A DNA stretch of 29,263 nucleotides from PVC group bacterium (GTDB taxonomy: Bacteria; Verrucomicrobiota; Kiritimatiellia; UBA8416). Below the pieces are notes generated by a model. That model was not told where the DNA came from. It saw only the letters and a program-made list of their open reading frames with translations, and did no database searches. Position numbers and translations under genes: made by a program. The stretch lies in contig PXBF01000048.1 in NCBI GenBank assembly GCA_003567005.1, positions 1 to 29,263 of the forward strand. The letters are read 5' to 3'. Below are positions 24,660-29,263 of the stretch, piece after piece. Every line of letters starts with the position of its first letter. The stretch's first letter is position 1.

Positions 24660-24787
24660 TTCGGTCTCCTGCAAATCTTTCTGCTGCATGACCTTTTTCA
24701 ACCTCGGGCAAATACCTGCACACGCTCTTATGCCGGGTAACCTGCTTGCCATGTCTACCGTGACGTGTTGCAAACCGAGGTATTGTC

Positions 24788-25474
24788 ATGCTCATACAAA
24801 CATTTCTCATTCGGGCTGTTGTCGCCCTGCTGCTTGGATTCCTGATTGGCGTCGAACGTCAATGGCGGCAGCGTCATGCGGGTATCCGCACATATAGTCT
24901 TGTTTCGTTGGGGTCGGCATTGTTCGTGATGCTTTCCATCCTGCTGGGGGAGGGTGCCGACTCGGCCCGTATTCCTGCCCAGATTGTTTCCGGGATCGGT
25001 TTCATTGGTGCGGGTGTCATTTTCAAGGGCGGGCAATCCGTCTCCGGGCTCAACACGGCGTCGACCATTTGGACCACGGCTGCGGTCGGTGCATTGGCAG
25101 GGTTCGGCTTTCTACCACATGCTGGTGTCGGCGCGGTATTTGCCTTGGGTATCAACACCGTACTACGCCGCACATACCGTTTTTTCGAGCCGCGCAGCAC
25201 GGATACCGAACGGGGATATCGCATCTGTATTACTTGTGGAGCCGATGCCGAGCATCATATTCGCTCGGTGCTACATGCCATGCTGGCGACAGAAGGCATT
25301 CAGTTGCATGCACTGGCAAGTGAGGACCTTGATACACCCGACTATGTATTGATTCAGGCTAAGAGCCGCATGCTGCCAACGCAAACAGCAAATCTCGAAA
25401 GAATTGTTTCGCGCATCGCGCAGGAAAAGACAGTCCGCGCTGTGCGCTGGGAAACCCAAAATGACGACGAGTAA
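24788..25474 (+). CDS. mgtC: MgtC/SapB-family membrane protein
   Basis: GVERQWRQRHAGIRTYSLVSLGSALF matches the MgtC signature. Four to five TM helices, then a cytoplasmic C-domain. Confidence 0.85.
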   Translation: MLIQTFLIRAVVALLLGFLIGVERQWRQRHAGIRTYSLVSLGSALFVMLSILLGEGADSARIPAQIVSGIGFIGAGVIFKGGQSVSGLNTASTIWTTAAVGALAGFGFLPHAGVGAVFALGINTVLRRTYRFFEPRSTDTERGYRICITCGADAEHHIRSVLHAMLATEGIQLHALASEDLDTPDYVLIQAKSRMLPTQTANLERIVSRIAQEKTVRAVRWETQNDDE

Positions 25475-25484
25475 CTGAAAGGAG

Positions 25485-25608
25485 GAAAATCAAACGAAAA
25501 TACTATCGCTAGATGAGCCTCCTCAGGGTGAGCGGGGCTTTGAGCAGGTTCCCGTTTGCAACCATGCGTTGCGAAATGGAAATGATTAACGAATGAAAAT
25601 CAAACGAA
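25485..25608 (+). repeat. Pair of perfect 14-bp direct repeats gaaaatcaaacgaa (25485-25498 and 25595-25608) bracketing the mgtC-OMP intergenic region
   Basis: Both copies were read directly from the sequence. They lie about 110 bp apart, and each sits just downstream of a purine-rich stretch. Confidence 0.5.
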
Positions 25609-25627
25609 TGGAAACAAAGGTGAAGAA

Positions 25628-26350
25628 ATGAAACAAGTGGGAAAAATGAAAGTATGGGGCACCCCGACATGGGGAGCATTGGTGGTGGCTGCACTTATGT
25701 TTGCGTGGGAAGCGCAGGCGTTTGAGGCGTCGGTTGTCTGGCGTGATGAGATTGTTACGGAAGGCATTCCGTACGGTCTGAAAAAAGGCTATTCGCATCT
25801 TGCGTTTGCGACAGATATTCACGACATCACTCTAGGTGTAGAGTATTTGCAGTCATTGCGCGAGAACTACAATGAAGTTCATTTGATGGTTGGCTACGGC
25901 TGGGAGATGGGAGCGTTTGCAGGTTCAGTTGGCCTTGCAAGGGTAGATTACTCGCCTGGAACAGCCGACGACACCTGGGAGATATTGGCTGACATCGAGT
26001 GGGGCGCTACGGAGTGGTTGTCTTTATTCGTTGATGGCTTTGTCGATGTGGATGACGTGGAAGGCGGTTTCTTTGAGACCGGCATCAGCCTGACACCGCC
26101 GGATGTTTGTCCGTTCGGTGTTTTCTCCTTCGAGCCATATGTGCTTGTTGGGTGGGATGTCGGGTTCGTTTCGGGGCCGCGCCGCGTTACGGAGAATCAC
26201 TGGCAATTCGGTTTGGAGATGGAAGCGGCTTTGACGGATCACTGGTCCTTGGTTGGCGATGTTCAGCATGCGCGTCCGTTGACAAATCTGGATCGTGAAG
26301 GCGAAGGAAGTGTTACGTGGGGCGGTGTCGGTATCGCCTTTGCGTATTAA
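25628..26350 (+). CDS. Putative outer-membrane beta-barrel protein
   Basis: Signal peptide (MKVWGTPTWGALVVAALMFAWEAQA). Alternating aromatic/hydrophobic beta pattern. C-terminal GVGIAFAY, an aromatic terminal residue typical of OMP barrels. AAGGTG SD. Confidence 0.5.
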   Translation: MKQVGKMKVWGTPTWGALVVAALMFAWEAQAFEASVVWRDEIVTEGIPYGLKKGYSHLAFATDIHDITLGVEYLQSLRENYNEVHLMVGYGWEMGAFAGSVGLARVDYSPGTADDTWEILADIEWGATEWLSLFVDGFVDVDDVEGGFFETGISLTPPDVCPFGVFSFEPYVLVGWDVGFVSGPRRVTENHWQFGLEMEAALTDHWSLVGDVQHARPLTNLDREGEGSVTWGGVGIAFAY

Positions 26351-26401
26351 GAGCTGATAAGGGTAAGCTGCCAGGTTTGTCTGGTAGGTAGTAAATAGGA
26401 G

Positions 26402-26536
26402 GGTAGGGCGACGCGTCTCGCGGAGCCGGTGACCGTGGATGGAGCATATGTGTTCCATGGATTGTCCGTAGGTCGTTCAATTGGCTTAGAATGCTCGTTT
26501 CACGGTCATGGCTCACCGAGGACGGTTCGTCCTACC
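26402..26536. repeat. Related palindromic element, copy C, with the same arm family but an 83-nt loop
   Basis: Arms ggtagggcgacgcgtctcgcggagccgg and ggctcaccgaggacggttcgtcctacc. Both are similar to the arms of copies A and B (for example ggctcaccgaggacgg vs ggctcgccgaggacgg). The element sits in the leader of the second mgtE. Confidence 0.6.
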
Positions 26537-26583
26537 ACATTAATAACAGGGATGCATTTATCAACGAATAAGGAGTTGTGATC

Positions 26584-28005
26584 ATGAGTACACAATATGA
26601 AAACATGGCTGCAGAGTTGGCCGAATTGGTGCGCGAAAAGGAAGTGAGCCGCGCGAAGGAGATCTTGAGCAATACAACACCAGCAGACATTACGGCCATG
26701 CTGGTGGCCTGCGAAGACCAAACGATGGCGGTGCTGTTCCGTCTATTGAGTAAAGATGTGGCTTTGACGGTATTCGAGCTGCTGGATCCACCCGTGCAGG
26801 CGACGTTGCTGGAATCATTCACGAGCCAGGAATCGCTTGAAATGATCAAGGAGTTGGAAAGCGATGAGCTGGTGCGTTTGTTCGATGAGTTGCCAGCCAA
26901 GGTCGTAAAACGGCTGCTGGATGCATTGCCGAAAGAGACGCGTTCGGAGGCCACGAAGCTGATGGGGTATGCTGATGGCACCGTGGGGCGTATGACGTCG
27001 CCCGCTGCTGTCACGGTGAAACGAAAAACGATTGCCAAGGATGCGCTTGAAGCTGTGCGCAAGGCATCGGAAAAGGATGATGAGTCGATTAACGCCATCT
27101 ATGTTGTGGATGATCAGCGCATCTTCCTTGGTGCCGTGCCGCTGAGCGCGGTGGTGTCCGCGAAGCCCGATACCCCGATGGACAAGCTAATTGTCAAGCA
27201 GGACATTGTGACGCTGTTGACGGATCAGGATCAGGAAAAGGCTGCACGCTTGATGAAGCGTATGGATGCCTTGGAGTTACCCGTGCTGGATTCCGAGCGA
27301 CGTCTGGTTGGTGTCTTGACGGCGACGGAGGCACTGGACATTCTGCAGGAAGAGATTACCGATGATATCTATGATAAAGTTGGTTTGATTGACTTGACGA
27401 ACCGGGAGTCTGACCGAAGCTTTAATCTGATTCATGGCAGTTTCTGGCACGTCTTGAAGGTTCGGGTACCCTTCCTGTTGATCACGCTTGCGGGCGGTAT
27501 GCTTGCCGGTGTGGTGATTGATGCATTCGAGGAAATTCTCGAGGCATTGGTTGCGACCGCGATCTTTATCCCCGTCATCATGGACATGGGCGGAAATGTT
27601 GGCACGCAGTCTTCGACGATCTTCACGCGTGGCGTAGTGCTGGGGCATATCAACATGGGGGCCTTTTTCAAGCAGTGGCTGCGGGAGACCTCGCATGGCG
27701 TGGGGCTCGGGGTGATTCTTGGGCTGGGGGGTGGATTGATTGCACACTTCTGGCAAGGCGTTCCGGGGCTGGGAATGGCCGTGGGGCTTTCGCTTGCAAT
27801 CGTTATTACCCTGGGTGTTGCGCTTGGGTTCATCATTCCGTACATCTTGCTAAAGATGGGCTTCGATCAGGCTGCTGGTGCCGACCCGATCATTACGACG
27901 ATTAAGGATATGTCTGGCTTGGTGCTGTACTTCTTCCTTGTGCGATTATTGATGCCGGAAGCACTCGAGGCGGCTGCCGAGGTTGTCGAAGTCGCTATGA
28001 TGTAA
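26584..28005 (+). CDS. mgtE: Magnesium transporter MgtE, second divergent paralog
   Basis: PVIMDMGGNVGTQSS channel motif, MgtE_N domain, CBS pair. The ATG at 26584 has an AAGGAG SD 9 nt upstream. The GTG at 26578 listed in the ORF track is too close to the SD. Confidence 0.9.
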   Translation: MSTQYENMAAELAELVREKEVSRAKEILSNTTPADITAMLVACEDQTMAVLFRLLSKDVALTVFELLDPPVQATLLESFTSQESLEMIKELESDELVRLFDELPAKVVKRLLDALPKETRSEATKLMGYADGTVGRMTSPAAVTVKRKTIAKDALEAVRKASEKDDESINAIYVVDDQRIFLGAVPLSAVVSAKPDTPMDKLIVKQDIVTLLTDQDQEKAARLMKRMDALELPVLDSERRLVGVLTATEALDILQEEITDDIYDKVGLIDLTNRESDRSFNLIHGSFWHVLKVRVPFLLITLAGGMLAGVVIDAFEEILEALVATAIFIPVIMDMGGNVGTQSSTIFTRGVVLGHINMGAFFKQWLRETSHGVGLGVILGLGGGLIAHFWQGVPGLGMAVGLSLAIVITLGVALGFIIPYILLKMGFDQAAGADPIITTIKDMSGLVLYFFLVRLLMPEALEAAAEVVEVAMM

Positions 28006-28090
28006 TCATCGAAACAGAAAATGGGGCACGAAACAGGGAGGATCCGTCATCGCGCGGATCTTGTCGGCAAGGGCTCCGTCGCCACCTGCC

Positions 28091-28126
28091 GAAAGGGTCA
28101 TCGAGCCCTGCATCGATGACCCTTTC
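28091..28126 (+). other. Perfect 14-bp inverted repeat hairpin (gaaagggtcatcga / loop gccctgca / tcgatgaccctttc)
   Basis: Read directly. There is no U-tract after it. An overlapping alternative pairing gggctc(28071-76)/gagccc(28102-07) makes the two structures mutually exclusive. Confidence 0.6.
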
Positions 28127-28432
28127 ACCGACTACAACACCGAATCGGTTTGCTTGTCCTCCGAAGCCTTGACGTAGGAGGATGATGTACGCGAGCGGCT
28201 CATACATCGTAACGAGGGCGGTGCGTATCCACACTGTGCAGAAATTCGCATGCGCTGGAAGCGCGTTTGAAGCCGAACTTGACGCTACTTGCCGATTCTG
28301 CTTCATTGCCATCATGGAAGCGCTCATTCAGACCGGTACCCGCTGGCGGGTGCCGGTGCCGCCTGAAAAGCGATTTTTTATCTGTTCCATCCGAGGGTCG
28401 CGCGCCGGATCAACGAATACAAGGAAGGAAGA

Positions 28433-29263
28433 ATGAGTATGCAGAGACGAGTATTCACAAAGGGTTTGCCCCAAGTGATCCGCTCAATCGCGGCATGCCT
28501 GTGCATAGCGACCGCTCTATCGGCACTGCCAAGTTTTGGAGCCGACGCTGTCAACGAATTGCGGAAGGCGGTTCAGGCATGGTTTGATGGCAATGCGGAT
28601 GCTACGGACGACATGTCCCCCGTCATACTGCAGTCGCCGCACATCTCAAACAACGCTCTCGATAACGCCCGCGACATTGTCATGGCAGCCTACGCCAACA
28701 GCTCGATAGCCGACGAGCTGGCAGAGATTATGCCGAAGCCGCTTTTTATTACTGACAGCAGCAGCGACCCCGCACGCAATCCGCAAGAATTGCGAACGGG
28801 TGACAAGGTCATGCCGTTTCACTTCATCGGGCGCGGCGAAATGCCGGGCCGACGACCGCTGTTTATCGCACTGCACGGCGGCGGATCGGCCGGAGGCCAT
28901 GCTCCTGGCCCGCACGCTTGGGGAGTCAACACGCACGAGTGGCAAACCCAACTGCATCTGGCAACCAAAGTTTACCCGGACGGTGCTCTGTATTTCGTTC
29001 CGAGAATGGCGGATGACAATGATGGGCGCTGGTATTTCGACTATTGCCAGGACGCCTATGACAAGGTGATCCGCGCCGCGATTCTGCATCACAAGGTCGA
29101 CCCCAACCGCATTTACCTCATTGGGATCTCCGAGGGGGCATATACCGCCTATCGCCTTGGAGCCTTCATGGCCGACCGCTGGGCAGGAGCGGGCAGCATG
29201 GCGGGCGGCGAGCCGCTCGAAAACGCGCCGCCAGAGAATATGCGCAACATCGCCTTCACAGCC
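28433..29263 (+). CDS. Secreted alpha/beta-hydrolase (esterase/lipase-type serine hydrolase), 3-prime truncated by the window edge
   Basis: Frame 2 is open from ATG 28433 to the window end. Signal peptide MSMQRRVFTKGLPQVIRSIAACLCIATALSALPSFGA. Oxyanion-region RPLFIALHGGG. Nucleophile elbow GISEGA (G-x-S-x-G). AAGGAAGG SD. The ORF is absent from the supplied track because it has no stop inside the window. Confidence 0.7.
   Translation, partial: MSMQRRVFTKGLPQVIRSIAACLCIATALSALPSFGADAVNELRKAVQAWFDGNADATDDMSPVILQSPHISNNALDNARDIVMAAYANSSIADELAEIMPKPLFITDSSSDPARNPQELRTGDKVMPFHFIGRGEMPGRRPLFIALHGGGSAGGHAPGPHAWGVNTHEWQTQLHLATKVYPDGALYFVPRMADDNDGRWYFDYCQDAYDKVIRAAILHHKVDPNRIYLIGISEGAYTAYRLGAFMADRWAGAGSMAGGEPLENAPPENMRNIAFTA

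Noticed and set aside
26351-26583. Possible M-box (ykoK) Mg2+ riboswitch upstream of the second mgtE and in the mgtC leader
   Set aside because: I looked for the conserved M-box core (GTTAGGTGAGGCTCC...GCTGCC...AAA) and found only a short TAGGTGA fragment upstream of mgtC. The structured element upstream of mgtE-2 is instead a copy of the palindromic repeat family.
28182-28436. 84-aa ORF ending in ATGA overlap with the hydrolase gene
   Set aside because: The SD (AGGAGG) is only 0-3 nt from the candidate ATGs, the sequence has no recognisable features, and it spans strong RNA hairpins. It is recorded as a possibility inside a finding, not as a feature.
1-29263. CRISPR arrays, rRNA/tRNA genes, transposases/integrases
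   Set aside because: I found no regularly spaced direct repeats with unique spacers, no tRNA-like cloverleaf candidates in intergenic regions, and no transposase or integrase-like ORFs on scanning both strands.

Overview
This is a roughly 57% GC window that looks Gram-negative (signal-peptide proteins, an OMP-like barrel) and falls into five blocks. (1) 1-1888: the 3-prime end of an antitoxin, a low-GC VapC PIN toxin, and an MgtE Mg2+ channel. (2) 1926-12346, minus strand: a tightly coupled operon with ATGA/TAATG start-stop overlaps. Reading 5-prime to 3-prime on the minus strand it encodes a zinc-ribbon protein, a large secreted Cys/His protein, a UbiA-family prenyltransferase, a membrane-anchored radical SAM/SPASM-like enzyme, a DAGK-family lipid kinase, a PurM-like ATP-dependent enzyme, an Fe-S Old Yellow Enzyme-type flavin reductase, a serine-palmitoyltransferase-like alpha-oxoamine synthase and an NAD-dependent epimerase/dehydratase-fold reductase. 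I read this as an uncharacterised lipid or specialised-metabolite pathway that mixes sphingoid-base chemistry with prenylation and radical chemistry, and it is the strongest candidate for a novel system here. (3) 12720-17223, plus strand: a membrane-stress module made of a CII-like HTH protein, two tandem PspA/IM30 paralogs, a YqiJ/NfeD-like membrane protein and a YqiK-type flotillin. (4) 17631-22907: a 1758-aa protein with an N-terminal globular region, a long coiled coil and a C-terminal AAA+ (MoxR/AAA_5-like) ATPase. It is preceded by a 400-bp leader that contains a GC-rich long-range helix and may be a structured RNA. (5) 22958-29263: two coupled signal-peptide Hcp-like proteins with no other T6SS genes, then mgtC with a long leader carrying an SD-driven Pro-containing uORF, a putative OMP barrel, a second mgtE paralog, a hairpin-dense 427-bp intergenic region, and a partial secreted alpha/beta hydrolase. 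A family of about 80-bp GC-rich palindromic repeats occurs three times (5447-5530, 6600-6682, 26402-26536), and one copy lies in-frame at the 3-prime end of the lipid kinase gene. No rRNA, tRNA, CRISPR array or transposase was found.
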